Part shown: in pieces, positions 23,677 to 37,059 of the stretch
Position numbering within the stretch: position 1 is the first letter of the stretch
Layout of the letters: every line of letters begins with the position of its first letter
Origin: Massalongia carnosa
Taxonomy: Eukaryota
Direction: 5' to 3'
NCBI GenBank assembly: GCA_965645245.1
Contig: OZ287068.1
Coordinates: 2,666,001-2,730,000 of the forward strand
Length of the DNA stretch: 64,000 nt
Position numbers and translations under genes: made by a program
Notes under the pieces: generated by a model
The model's database searches: none
What the model saw: the letters and a program-made list of their open reading frames with translations, nothing else
Told to the model about the DNA's origin: nothing

Positions 23677-26600
23677 TATGATTGTTGTTGAAGGTTTGCG
23701 TCGTCGTCAATGCATCGACTCCCCATCCACTGACAAGATCCGCCGTAAAGTGCGAGAATGGAGAGAAATGTGCGCAAGATGACCCAATCTTGAATCAGGC
23801 TCGAGCGCAAGTGAAGGCTGGCCAATGGTTCACAGATGGATAAAATTGCGTTATGACTTGCGACGTGGCTCTGGACTGGGGTCTATCCGTCGTAAATCAG
23901 GAAAAAAGACACGCGAGATCGACAGGGCAACGGGGCAGTGCTTTGAAAGCTGATCCTCTTTCTCGTACTTTTTAGCGAAGCGTTGGCGGAGGAGCAGACC
24001 GGCAAAGTGTCCAGCAGGATGGGACTGCTGTGTGAGATAATTCGAGGATGCGGGGGACAACGGGTTTAATTGATGAATGGATGAAGAAGGGGATTGGTGT
24101 GAAGCGCCTGGGGGGAGGGAAATATTATTGAGGATGGGAAATTAAGTTCTCCAGATGGCTCAACACCAAACTCCACAAGCCTCTCAGCGCCTCTTATGTT
24201 CGTAACTTAATTAACCCTTAAACTCCCTGCTTCAGCCACACGCAAGGGAAGCAAAGCAGGTCCGACTGGCAAAACTAATCTTCCGTCCCGGAGAAGTGGC
24301 TAGTTTGCGAGTTGTGCGAGTTTAATCTCAAACGGGTTAAGTGGGTTTTCTAATTAGTACTTATAGAATGCACTTAGCCTATTCGGGCCTGTTTTCTGTT
24401 TTCTCCCCCCAACCTTGATTCGGTCCTAGTCCTAGCCTGAAGCGTGAGTCTATTTTTGGTATCACGTGCTACATACTCTGTAGTACTCGGAAGATCAGAA
24501 GAGGCGACGACTAGTCTTTCCAGACATGTACTATATCCTCCTCATGAACCACCATCAATGGAACCACCAGCAGCAGCTTCCCATCGTCTCGCGCCGCCAC
24601 TCCGCAGGTTACGTGTCTTCTTTATGATCGCTAGCTTCAATCTCTCAATCACATCGTCGATTCACTTGCATTCTTGAAACCTTCCAACACCTTCTGCAAC
24701 CGCCAGGCTGTGACATCCTTATTGATCATTTGCTGAAATGGCTTTCATAATTAAGGCACTCGATGTAGCATTTTCTTGGTATCATCTGCTATTGACACTG
24801 GCAGTTGCATGTACGGAATAATCTATAGCTGGGTCCCTAGCTTGCCTAGGTTTCCTTGGCTTACTTGCTACTTTCCTTGTTGAAAAAGGCAACCATCGTT
24901 ATCTTGCTCGCGGCCGGAATAGAGGCAGTCTTTGCTTCATGATCATTTCAATACACCTTGTAGCAGTCCAACCTTTCCGTCCCTACTTTATAAATGTTTA
25001 GTGTATATATGCAAGCAATCTAGCACAACTTGCTTGCGCCCTATCCCTTTTTATGGGCCGGTCTCATCTTATCTCAGCCTTTACTCGGTCTCACCAGTTT
25101 GTCATATAACCCTTATCAGCAACAAGGAAATGTTCGCTAGACCTTGGACAGAAAAAAGTCGACACAACGCCAATATTTCCTATTATCAAGTGCCTATACG
25201 AAGGTATAACCAACTCCTTGTTGCATCGTGCTAGCAATCGATTCCGAAATGGAAGGAAATGAACAACATAGCGGTTGGGTCTGCCAGATTTATACCAAGT
25301 ATATTCGTGTTAACATCGTCAAGGAAGATCACTTTTGGGCTGTATTAAGCATACCCTTATAACTGACCTCTCTGCAACTAATTCTCCAAAACGATATCAC
25401 GGGTGGGAGAGTGTTTGCTTATCAAACCAATCGAGCCCCGGCAGGAAGCTGCCAGTATGCGGCCTCAAATCTTGGAGCAGAAGTTTTGGCTGGCTCAACG
25501 ATAGCCTTAACAAGCTACAAGACTCTGAATTCTTTCGGCGATTCGGATTAGTTCCTCATCCCAAATAGAGAAGCGAGCGGTAGTAATAACAACAGTCTAT
25601 CTATATCCGGCTTTAACGGTCAAAAGTCATCTGCAACTATTGTCCCGTCGCTTGCCAAGAACTGAAGCATCTTCGCCGGTTTCTTGCACCCTGCCAGATC
25701 TTCAATGTCTGCGTCGATTCTAACTACCACTTTTCTATCTAATTCGAGACCTTACAGTGATGGCCAATCTTCATCGCTCCAACCCCCTCAGGCCCCAAAC
25801 CGAGAGGCTCTCTCCTGTATTTCCTTCCATTGGTTCATCCTCACTATTGTGTAACAAATATCATCCAAAATCCCCTCTATTATGGCTATGTGACAAACGG
25901 AGAAAAGACTCCGGGTACTTTAGACACATTCAAGAAGAGCTGAGTTATCCAGCGTTTCTTTTAAGTTTCTCGTTCATTCCCAACCCAAGAAACCCCCCTC
26001 CCTTCCTCTCTAACCCTCCAACCCCACGAAACCAACCTCTCCTAGCTGATCGCGCTCTCCCATTCATCTTAATCCACCTATCCCCAAACACCACACCAAA
26101 CGCTCGCTCGCTACCCCACCCTGCCCTACCAGGTCATGTCAAAAGCCTACCTACACCGAAGTCTCTCTTTAGCCATCTACCAGTTCGCTGTGCGTCCGTT
26201 ATCTGGATACCTAACCGAATGCCCACCGCCGAACGCCACAACCGTATTGTAAGGGTACAATTTTAAAAAAAAAAACAAATACCAGCAGCAACAAAATAAT
26301 GCGCCTCCCTGGAAACGCTCGGGCCGAGTTTTGTACACTCAAGCTAAACCGAGTGCCTCGAATAGGGTAAAAGAACCCCCCAATTCGCAGATAAACTAAG
26401 GCATCCCAACAACGGCGATCGATGATTTAAACTAATTCCCCAATGCTAAAACAACTCTCTCTCCTCTTTTTCGGGAGGAAAAAAATCCGGGGGAGTGGGT
26501 AGGTAGTTACATAGCCGCTAGCTGAAATATCGAGACGGGGAAGGGAAGGGAAGAGGTAGGTAAATACGTAGCTGTAAATTTTTTCTAGGGAACGGGAAGG

Positions 26601-26943
26601 AGAAAGAGATGATGATGATGATAATGAAAAATTGGGGAGAAAGAAGAAAAGTCTTCTCTTGTGGTGTGTATCCTTTCTAAAAAAAAATTCCAGATACTTT
26701 TATGCACCACGCGACGAGACGAGAAACGTTATCTACAAAGCTATGTACATAAGAAATAATGGGGAGGCAAGATCCCGATCTGCGTCCGTGAAAAGAATAA
26801 ACAGGGGTGAGTATAGTAGATATTTAGCAAAAGAATCGAGAAAATTCTATAGGTCGCTGGCTATCGGAAATCATTACACGAAACAAAAAGCCATAGAGGT
26901 ATCCGCTCCACCCTCACCCCCAAAAAGGCCCCTTTCAGTATTA

Positions 26944-29346
26944 TCAGTCCTCGTCCTGCCCTAATCGTCTATATTGCCCCTCTGACCCACCTCCACCCCC
27001 GCCCTTATCGCCTCTACCTCCGCCTCTTACATCCTTGCCGCTTCCCCTCCCCAGCCTGGAGATCCAACCCCCTATACCCTCCCCCCCGCTCCCATCGTCT
27101 GGCCCCTTCCCGCCATCCTTACAATTCTCTTCCTCGACCGGCGGGTTGATGTCCAGGCCCGGGATGGCGCTGTCGGCGCTGAAGTGGCCCGGAGCGCCGC
27201 GGCGGATGTCGAGCGAGGGAACAGGCGAGCGCAGGCCCATGAGGGACTCGACTTCGGCATGCTGGGCTGGGGTTGGCATGGCTGTAGTGGCATCACCGAA
27301 AAGCTGGTCCATGTCTTCGAGCCTGATGTTGGCGGTTTCGGGGTAGAGGAAATATACTGAGGGAGGCTGTCAGAGAGTGGTTTGACAAGATTAAGAGGAA
27401 GAACAAGGAAACAGAGACGGATCGGGCTCACCAATAACGAAGCTGACGGCGCAAAAAAATGCATGTACAAGATAGAGCCGCCACTTGATCCATTCCTGCA
27501 GGATAGGGGTTAATTCCCCCACGATCCAGTTGCAAGCCCAATTGGCCGCCGTACTCAGGCTAGCGCCTTTAGCCCGAATGCTGAGGGGGAGGATTTCAGG
27601 GGGGTAAAGCCACGGAATGGGACCCCACGAGGCTCCAAAGGCGGCGTTGTAGATCATGACGAAGATGACAGTCAGCACAGGCGTGTAATGCACGTCGATA
27701 AAGATGAAATAGGAAATCGCGGAAAGGGATATAATCATGGCGATGGCGCCGGACAAAAGAATAATACGTCGACCCCATCGATCAACCAAGTACCATGGGG
27801 GAATTGTTGAAAGTAAATATGTAATGCCGTTAATGCCTGTCATGAGAATGGCATCACGGCCGATCCAGCCGGCGGACTCGAACACAAGCGGCGCGTAGTA
27901 GGATATGACGTTGATGCCGTTGAGCTGGGCCAATGCCTGCGCGGACATGGCAATGAAAAGCCGCTTGTAGTATTTGCGGAACATCTCCCGGTATGAGCGC
28001 TCGCCTTCTTGTCGTTGCAATAAAACGTTCATTTTTATTTCGCGATACTCTTGTCTGGCCTTATCGTTGTGGATATCTCCACCCCCGTAGAGGTTGGCAA
28101 TTACCACAATTCCCTCCTCGTCATGGTCGTTGTCGAGCAGCCATCTGTAGGTTTGATCAGTCCCTTGTATTGCGGCAACCCATATGATCAAGCACCCACC
28201 TGGGAGATTCACAGATGATCAAGCTGCCAAGACCGAGGAGAAGGCCCATGAAACATTGGAGTAGCAGAGGAACTCGCCATGCGTAGTTGCTGGGTATGTA
28301 GCTGCAAAAGTAATCCACCCACACACTCGCCGCATATCCACTGACATTGCCGGTAAACTCGATGCAGGCGAGTTTCCCTCGGTTATGCGGCGGTGATATC
28401 TCCGACTGATAGACCGGTACGATGGTTGATAACGCACCCACGCCAAGACCAGCAATGATCCGCCCTAGGTACATCATCGGCATGCCCGTGGCAAATGTCT
28501 GTAAGGCTCCCCCGATAAAAAAAATAATAGAGCCATATAATATGGTCTTTCGTCGGCCAATCATATCACCTATTCGTCCGACACTCAACGATGCAATGAA
28601 CGCTCCCACTTCTAGTATGGCAACCATAGTCCCTATCTCAGCCCGTGTTGGCTGGTTGAAGTAGTCTTTGAAAAAAGAACCTCTACAGCGCAACGGACGC
28701 AGTTAGCATTGCCTTCGCCATGGATCATCCGTCTCCTACGTTATTATTCCCGACATCACGCCTTGATCGTATCCAAATAAAAAGACCCCCAGCGAAACAA
28801 ACACGCTTGTAAAATACCTAGAGTCGGTCAGCAAATGGTCATGAAGGTTGTTTAAATTCGGGCGTACAAAAGAGGCTTTCCCGTCAAGCCATATGAATGG
28901 CTTGCTTGCTGATCGCCCGTCATAATTGTAGCGAGGAACTTCTCCGCGCGGCTGATAACCCTAAGGGGAGGGTTTGGGATCTGGATAGCCTCTTTGTTGA
29001 CGCCAGGGTGGGGATTTTTGCGCTCTCGATAGCCCTGCGGCGCGTAATGAACGTGTTTAGATTGCCGACCCTGCGGACTTAGGCTCCGGCGAGGAACGGG
29101 ATTATCAAACGAGGACGGAAGATTTATCCGCAGGGGGTCTTGCTCGTCTGCAAGCTGCTCGGCGAGATCACCAGTGTCACTCCACAGCGAAAAGTCGGAC
29201 CCGGCAGAGTCGGACGAATGCCGGCGCCCTTGTTTCTCGTTGGTGGGGTCGAGAAGGGCGGCGGAATGTCCGTCTCCTGGATCCGAAGGGAATGCGAGTG
29301 GGCGAAGCGGGATGCTGACCGATCTAAGAGGCGTTGAGAGAGGAAT
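26944..29346 (-). CDS. MFS sugar porter (monosaccharide transporter), multi-exon; first in-frame ATG at 28923, candidate non-AUG start at 29346
   Basis: YFTSVFVSLGVFLFGYDQGVMSGII; GDMIGRRKTI; GRIIAGLGVG; PVYQSEISPPHNRG; CESPRW; AQLNGINVISYYAP; VDRWGRR; WGPIPWLYPPEILP; PETAN. The start position is uncertain. Confidence 0.93.
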
Positions 29347-31060
29347 GGTGGCGGTAATTATGGACTGACAAATTGCAGCCCGTGAGAGTAGGATCGGAAT
29401 GTAATGGTTTTTCTCTCTCTCGTCGTTTTTTTTTGTTCTTATTAATGTAACGTGAGGGTTTGAAATGGACCAGCGTGGGTTTACTATCCACTCAAGAACG
29501 TGGATCAGATCACGACCGATGGTTGTCTTAGGTTCTGCAGTCCACACATTGAATGCTGCAGCGTGACAATCCCTCGTTCCATGTAAATTGGACACGAGAC
29601 CGGCGGCGTAGCAAATTATAAGCACGATATATGCTGTGTGCTGTGTGCTGTGTGCTGTATGCTCCTAACTGTCCCATATAATGACCAATTGCCAAAATGA
29701 TTAGGAGGTGAACGGTACTTCAGAGCGGAGGGGAGCTTAGTCATCTTGAGGGAGTTTAGCTCCACGCTCCTTTTATTATTTCAAGCAGCCACGAGCAATG
29801 GAATGCATAGGTAAAGTGCTACGACTGTCTATTCTATTCGACCATGCCTTTGAGCTTCTAATCGATGCTCCCTTGAAAAGAACTTGAATCGAAGTAGAGA
29901 ACTCTAAGGCTTGATCATGTTGAATGCTAGAGAGGAACCGCAGAGAACAAGGATCCATATCGCCGTCTTTGAGAAAGCCGAGAGTCTCCGAGAATCATTC
30001 ATGTTCTTCGCGCTTTACAAAAGGAAGCGCAAGCCGGACTTCACTGAATGTAGAGTACAGAAGTACTCTGTAGTTGGTGCCCCGATCTCGCCTGCGCTCT
30101 GCAGGCCGTCTGACTGGTAATAATATCCTCATGACAACATGAGGGAGGAGGTCACGTGGAGAATGATGCAGCATGTGGCTACATGTCCATATTAGTTTTC
30201 CGTCATTGTCCATCACTGCTCATCCGTTCTCCATTCATGCTCGTGGCGATGCCGATGGAAACCTCTTAACTCGGCTTTCTACAGCAATCTACGATTATCG
30301 CTTGTTTTCATCTCTACACATCTAGATATTCGTTTCTCTCGATGTTTACAGCGGATCCAGAGAGACTATACGCTCCTCTAGCTACTTTGAAGTGCATCCT
30401 AGAACGGTGCTTTTCATCTCATAATTTAAGTTGCCTATGTGTGCTGTAAATGTGTGGAGAAACGAAAAGCAAAACAACAAATAGTCAGCTTGTAAAGCAA
30501 GAGAAGTGGATGAAGTGAGAATTCAATATTCATCTTTTAAAAGACGAGCTCAAAGCCTTGAGGGCTGATACAGGCCCCATTTTTTGCTGTGGAAAAGTCT
30601 GCTGAAGCAAGAACTAAAGACTATGATAACTTCAAAGTGTGCGCTACAAAAATATTTCTTGCTATCTCCGGGCTAGATTCTAGACAATTCGTTCCAACTG
30701 GCTTAGAATACCCGTCGCAGATATTTTCCGCTCTGGCCTAGGAGTTATGTTTTGTTGTACTCGTACCTGTATGAGTACGCCGATGTTTCATTATTATTCC
30801 GCCTATGTGCCGTCTATCCCGCAACACCAGGAAGGGCGCGGCAGGTCAAGCCAAAGCCAAGTTTAATTGTTGTTTATATTACATAGTACCTAGGCGCACC
30901 GAACTCCATGTTCTTCAAACATCTACTTATCATATATGAAATTTCATATCTCCTTTATAGCTCTTGCATTCAATGAAATGGTAAACCTTTCCTGCTAGCA
31001 AATATTCAAAAAAAAGTCTTGGTTTCTGGAGAGTCATTCAATAGAATTAGGGCAGGAAAT

Positions 31061-32744
31061 ATGAAGGTTGCGGCATGCTTTATTTATGCAGTTGCATTCA
31101 TCTTGTTCGCTCAGTCTAATGCTCTCGCTGTGGTTGAGCTTGTCATACATCAAGAACGTGTTGGAGATGATATCTTGTCACGACGGGCAACATCCAAGAG
31201 TGTTGGGCAAGGAATTGGAAATGCGGTGAGATCTAAATACTTCCCGTCTCAGGAAATAGTATTAATCCACCTAGGGCGAAATGTGGACGATTAGTATTAT
31301 TATTGGTACACCCCCTCAACCGTTAAGATTGATGGTCGACACTGGTAGTTCTGAGCTTTACGTGAACACCTACACAACCGATAACTGTGAAAACGAGGGG
31401 CACCCTTGCGCTCCTTTCGGCGTTTTTGACCCCGATGCCTCCCATACAAGGAAAATAGTCGGTCATGATTTTCTAGTGGACTTGGAAGTCCAAGGCTCGA
31501 TGAGCGGTGATTATGTCACCGATATCGTGTACTTGGCTGGACAGCGCTTGGAGAACCTACAGTTCGGTGTGGCAATCCACTCTTACTTCCCGTTTGGCAT
31601 CTTTGGTCTGAGCTATGGGACCAACCAAGGACCAGATAACAAGGCACACTATCCAACCGCTATTGACCATCTTTTCAGAAAGCAAGCCATTAAAGTTAAG
31701 GCCTTTAGTTTTTTTATGGATACCCAGAGCACAGGCCGCATTCTATTTGGTGGGATCGATCATGCAAAATTCAAAGGAAATCTTGTGACTATATCTATCA
31801 TTCCAGTTGAAGATGGGATCTACAAGAGATTTCAGGTCAATCTTGGAAAAATCGGATTAGCACGAGGGCCTAAAGCCATACCTTTGCGGTCGGGTAGAGG
31901 GAATCATCCCATAAAAGCTGTCTTGGATAGTGGAACTACTCTGACATATCTCCCTCTTGCTATTGTGGATGATATAAGGTTCGTCCTGCAAGCATCACAA
32001 ACCGATAAAGACGGGTTTCCCTGGGTCGATTGTGGAATTGGTGAGTCAGGTTTGATCTTGCATTTTACATTTGAACAAGTCAAGATATCAATTCCGATAG
32101 CCGCCATGTTGGATACACACACTCCCCCTATAATGGTGGAAGGTGTTCGACGGTGCTTGCTCGGGGTTGGTCCCACTCCAGTCGATGTGTCTCTATTGGG
32201 TAAAAACTTTCTCGCCGCCACTTATGTCGTCTTTGACCTGAGCAACAACAAAATCTCTCTTGCGCCAATTAAGAAAGGGGTAACACAGAGCGATATTGTT
32301 GAGCTTCCCCTATCGGGTGTTCTCGGGTTATCGCATTTGCAGTCCAGTGCTTTCGACGATCTAGATAACTCAGCAGAATCCTTTTCAGGTGATTCTACGT
32401 CGTCAGCCTACAACGTCGATACTAATCCTCTCAACCTGGCAGACGTGTTTGCGGACTCCGATAGTTCTGCCTCTTTGGACGTTAGCGCCACAACCCATAT
32501 GGATACTTCCGGGGCCCCAGGAACTGATACATTCGCCCTAGCACTAAACCCCGTGGACGGAAGCAGCAGTGGTTTTCCAAGCCTCTTTACACCAACAGAC
32601 ACACCGGCTTCTAATCCCTCCAATCCGGAGAATCCCACAGTTGCGGATAATCCCACTAATCCTAGCTCATCCTTTGACATGATGGCATTTTCTCCGCAAG
32701 AACAAGGCTTCTTTGGGGAGACTAATAATGTAGATCATTTGTAA
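31061..32744 (+). CDS. Secreted pepsin-like (yapsin-type) aspartic protease with an acidic Ser/Thr-rich tail, 2 exons
   Basis: Signal peptide MKVAACFIYAVAFILFAQSNALA; dibasic RR propeptide site; IGTPPQ; catalytic DTGSS and DSGTT; ILFGGIDHAKF; YVVFDLSNNKISLA. Confidence 0.92.
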
Positions 32745-33389
32745 TTATCTGAAAGCGTTGGTCAAAGCTCTTCGTTATTTTCTCGGCGGCGTCGGAGGGT
32801 TAATGATAGATTCTGAAAGCTTGAGACAGAAAAACCAAAGCCTAAACTGTATACCCTAAGCGCTTACATCATCCTCCTTATTTGATTTCAGCTCTTTTTG
32901 CTTATGCTCACCTCCCTCGTATAAGTCAGTAATAGAAATATCAGCTTCTGAAATACATCGGCGCGGTGGCAAGTCATACTCCCATCATGTAAGTATGATG
33001 CAACTATGTTTGCCATCAAAGAGCGGTAATCGTGTAGGTATTTGAGCCTGAGTTCTTGGCCGCTATGAGATTGAACGGCCCTTATGCTTCTTACCTCATC
33101 AACAGTTGCAAACAAGCAAGGTCTGATTCTCGTACTTGAAAGGGCGAACCGCCTATTTACGTTTGTAATCGATGCGCATGGAGCTAGAGCTGAGTTCGCA
33201 AGACGTTTAACGGTGTGGCAATACCGCAGGCAATGGCCTCGGCGAGTAAGAAGGTTATTAGATCCTTAGTATTTGTCTATTGAAATTATTTGTATATGTA
33301 TGAGACATGGCCTTTGCTATCGCATCCCAACATCTCATTTCTACTCCTCAACAACTCAACATATCAACCATCAATCCACCCATCAAACC

Positions 33390-33913
33390 ATGCATCTGCT
33401 CTCTCTGCTCTCTCTGCTCTCTCTTATTTCCCTCGCTTTCGCCAGTCCCCATACAAACCGCCAATCCTGCGTAGCAGAGCCTTGGGCCATCCAAGGCTTT
33501 ACTACCTTCACCGCCGACCCTGGCCTAACGGGCATCAGTCAACTGGCCTTCACCTTCACGGATCCCAACACCAATACCACAGGCAGTCGATGCGGCCGGA
33601 GTTTAGCTCTAGGTTCGGGAAAATCGGCCGCGGATCCGAACCGTTTTTATCCTTGTAAGGATCCGTCGATAAGCTATAGGTTTGATGGGGAAAATCTGGC
33701 TTTGCAACACACGTTCGACTGTGACGGGTAAGTCATATTTAGAAAGCCTTTTCTCGGGAGGAATGATGGACTGATCGGTGGGGATGGTTTAGGACGACGG
33801 TGTCGGCGGCGGGAGGTGCTGATTTGAGTCTACTTTGCGTTTGGCTACCGAGGGGAAGGGAGTGTGAAACTGTGGCTCAGGTCGTTATTCCAGTCACTAG
33901 TTTAGTAGCCTAG
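33390..33913 (+). CDS. Small secreted protein with 6 Cys (possibly AA1/Alt a 1-like fold), 2 exons (intron 33728-33792)
   Basis: Signal MHLLSLLSLLSLISLAFASP; W.I..F...LAFTFTDPN...C...YPC.D...YRFDG..L.LQH.F.C pattern; exon 2 TTVSAAGGADLSLLC...EC ends at TAG 33911-33913. The fold assignment is inference. Confidence 0.78.
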
Positions 33914-34607
33914 AGTGAGAAGAATTATAGCGTAACGATAGATTTAGAGCTGACAGAACGTGAAGGACTTCTCCAACCCATGAGAGTTAGGAAACACTAA
34001 TTATATCCGGAAAAATTTTTTCTCGCTGCAGTCGGATGTTTAGCATTCTGACTTGTGAGGATTACCGTTTTCAAGTCTTTGGAACATTTATAAAAGACTT
34101 CAATCCTTTGTGTAGCGGCAATCTAGTGTCTTGATAAGTGTCGTTTTCTTGGATGAGATCAGAAGTTCTAATGAACTTTCCCCTGAGATGTAAATAGCAG
34201 TCACTGCACCAAGCCTTTCCTTAAATAGACTAGTGTTGAGCTGTCGTTTGCAAGGGTACCAAGTACTCTGTACGGAGAGTTAATGGCGTGTTGCGATATA
34301 GGGTTATCCGATCTGGACCTGAACGAGAATGAGCTTGTGAACAACAAGTCAATCACTCTCAGCATCATTCGGAAGGCACTCTCACCCCTTCCAGTATACC
34401 TACTGGTCTATCTTATGAAAGGTTAAAGCATTCTCAACGTTATGAACATCTAGGGTCTTGTAATACAGAAATTTCTTTTACGCTCCTTTTCAGCTCGGCT
34501 GAGGCTACTTCCCCTTGCCTTGCACTTTTCGACCTCCTAGCAGCCACTTTCCTGTTGCGCTGTAGCACTCCACATCGCACTTGCAATTGAACAGATCTAC
34601 CATCATA

Positions 34608-37059
34608 ATGGCGGCTCGAGGCGCCTTCACTACAAGTGCGGAACAAGAGGCTCAAGATCTGAGGAGAAGATATATCCCCAATGATGGCAGTAATGGAAAT
34701 TTTGCAAAGCCAAGCGATGAAAGCGACGACAAAAAGATACGAAAGGTGTTTTCTCTACAGAGATCAATCGGAGAGGGCAACTATGACTGATAGTTTTAAC
34801 AGTCTCACACATCAATCCTCAAAACGCTCGACGAATATGAATTCCTTCTGGCACCTTTAATCTTTACGCTCATCTCCTTCTTCACACGAATGTATAAGAT
34901 AGGTCTATCACCAATTGTTACTTGGGATGAGGCTCAGTAAGTTTATCACTCAGTATATTAGATTAGAACACCGGGCTGATGCATGATGATTACAGCTTTG
35001 GCAAATTTGGCTCGCATTACCTAAAACGAGAATTTTACTTTGATGTCCACCCCCCACTGGGAAAGATGCTTGTTGGCCTTTCGGGCTATCTTGCCAACTA
35101 CAACGGGTCGTTTGAGTTCAAGTCAGGAGAAACGTACCCTGAGGAAGTCAACTACACCTTCATGCGGCTCTTCAACGCCACTTTCGGCGCTCTCTGTGTG
35201 CCTGTGGCATACTACACGGCACGGGAACTGAACTTTAGACGGCCTGCGGTATGGATGGTCACTCTGATGGTGCTGTTCGAGAACTCGTATGCAACCATCT
35301 CAAGGTTTATCCTCCTGGACTCCATGCTGCTCTTTTTCACTTTTACCACAGTACTTTGCTGGGCAAGATTTCATCGATTGCAAAACCAAAGCTTCAGCCC
35401 CGAATGGTTCCTCTGGCTTTTCTTGAGCGGAATAAGTATTGGCTGCGTCACCAGCGTAAAATGGGTTGGACTTTTCTGCACAGCACTCGTTGGACTCTAT
35501 ACTATTGAAGACTTGTGGAATAAATTTGGCGACCTCGAGTTGCCCAAGGTGAGTTGATAGGGCTTTTTCTTAGACCTAGCTGATGATGCATAGGTTGAAT
35601 TTGCCTCACATATTATAGCCCGAGTTGTAGGGCTGATAGCTGTGCCGCTCGTGGTTTACATGTTCTCGTTCTACATACACTTCCTAGTTTTGGAAAACAG
35701 TGGTCCTGGTGATGCACAGATGAGTTCGCTTTTCCAAGCAAACCTCCGAGGGACAGAAGTTGGAAAAGATAGTCCTTTGGAGATTGCCTATGGATCTCGA
35801 GCTACGCTCAAGAACATGGGCTACGGTGGTGGGCTACTTCATTCTCACGTACAGACCTATCCTGAAGGATCCCAACAGCAGCAGGTTACCTGTTACCATC
35901 ACAAGGATGCGAACAACGATTGGTTCTTCTATCCAAATCGGGACTCTCCGGAATATGATCCTGAAGCCGATCTCAAATTCGTGGCTGATAAAGATGTAAT
36001 TCGTCTGATTCACTCGCAAACTGGCCGAAATCTTCATTCACATTTAGTATCAGCTCCTGTCACCAAGGCGGATAACGAGGTATCTTCATACGGCAACACG
36101 ACGATTGGCGATGAGAAGGATCATTGGACCGTAGAGGTTGTCAGCGACGCGGCTTCGAGAGATCGATCTAAGATCAGGACCTTAACCACTTCTTTCCGGC
36201 TGAAACACACCGTACTGGGCTGTTATCTCCGAGCTGGGAACGTAAATCTTCCGCAATGGGGCTTCAAGCAGATTGAGGTCACGTGTGTGAAAGAGAATAA
36301 ACCCCGAGACGTATACACCCATTGGAACGTTGAATCTCACTGGAATGAAAAGCGTAAGGTTTCCAGATCATGTTTGCATGGTCAAAAACTAAACTATCAC
36401 TCCCAGTACCCGCCGGTGACCCTGGTTCTTATAAGTCGCCATTTCTCCGGGACTTCATGCACCTCAATGTCGCCATGATGACCTCAAACAACGCTCTGGT
36501 CCCCGACCCTGACAAGCAAGACGATCTAGCTTCCCAGTTTTGGCAATGGCCTATCCTCAACGTCGGCCTCCGCATGTGTGGGTGGGACGATAGCATTGTC
36601 AAATACTACTTGCTGGGCAACCCGCTTGTCTACTGGGGCAGCACTTTCTCGCTACTCGTCTTCGGCCTCCTCGTGATCTGGTATCTCGTGCGCTGGCAGC
36701 GCGGATACAACGAGCTCACCGCTCGTGATGTGGATCAGATCCATTACTCGGGAGTGTACCCGGTTGTGGGGTGGGTGCTGCATTACCTGCCCTTTGTGGC
36801 CATGGCGCGCGTCACGTACGTGCATCATTACTACCCCGCATTGTACTTTGCCATTTTGACTATGGGCTTCGTGCTCGATTGGGTTACCAAACCGTTAGCA
36901 CGCAAGAACAAGCGGTTTGAGTGGGCCGTGTTTGGCGTGCTATATATCGCCGTTACCGGGCTATTTTGGCTGTTTCGCGCCGTAGTGTTTGGGATGCAGG
37001 GGAGTCATACGCAGTGGGCTCATCTGAAATGGTTTGATAGGTGGAGGATTACGGATTAA
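34608..37059 (+). CDS. PMT2: Dolichyl-phosphate-mannose:protein O-mannosyltransferase, PMT2 subfamily (GT39 with MIR domains), multi-exon
   Basis: IVTWDEAH/FGKFGSHYLKREFYFDVHPPLGKML; SRFILLDSMLL; SVKWVG; GGLLHSHVQTYPEGSQQQQVTCYHHKDANNDW; RVTYVHHYYPALYF. Confidence 0.95.

Noticed and set aside
24900..26270. Possible gene or LTR between CHS7 and the MFS transporter
   Set aside because: No coherent spliced ORF, no TG..CA direct-repeat pair and no retroelement motifs were seen.
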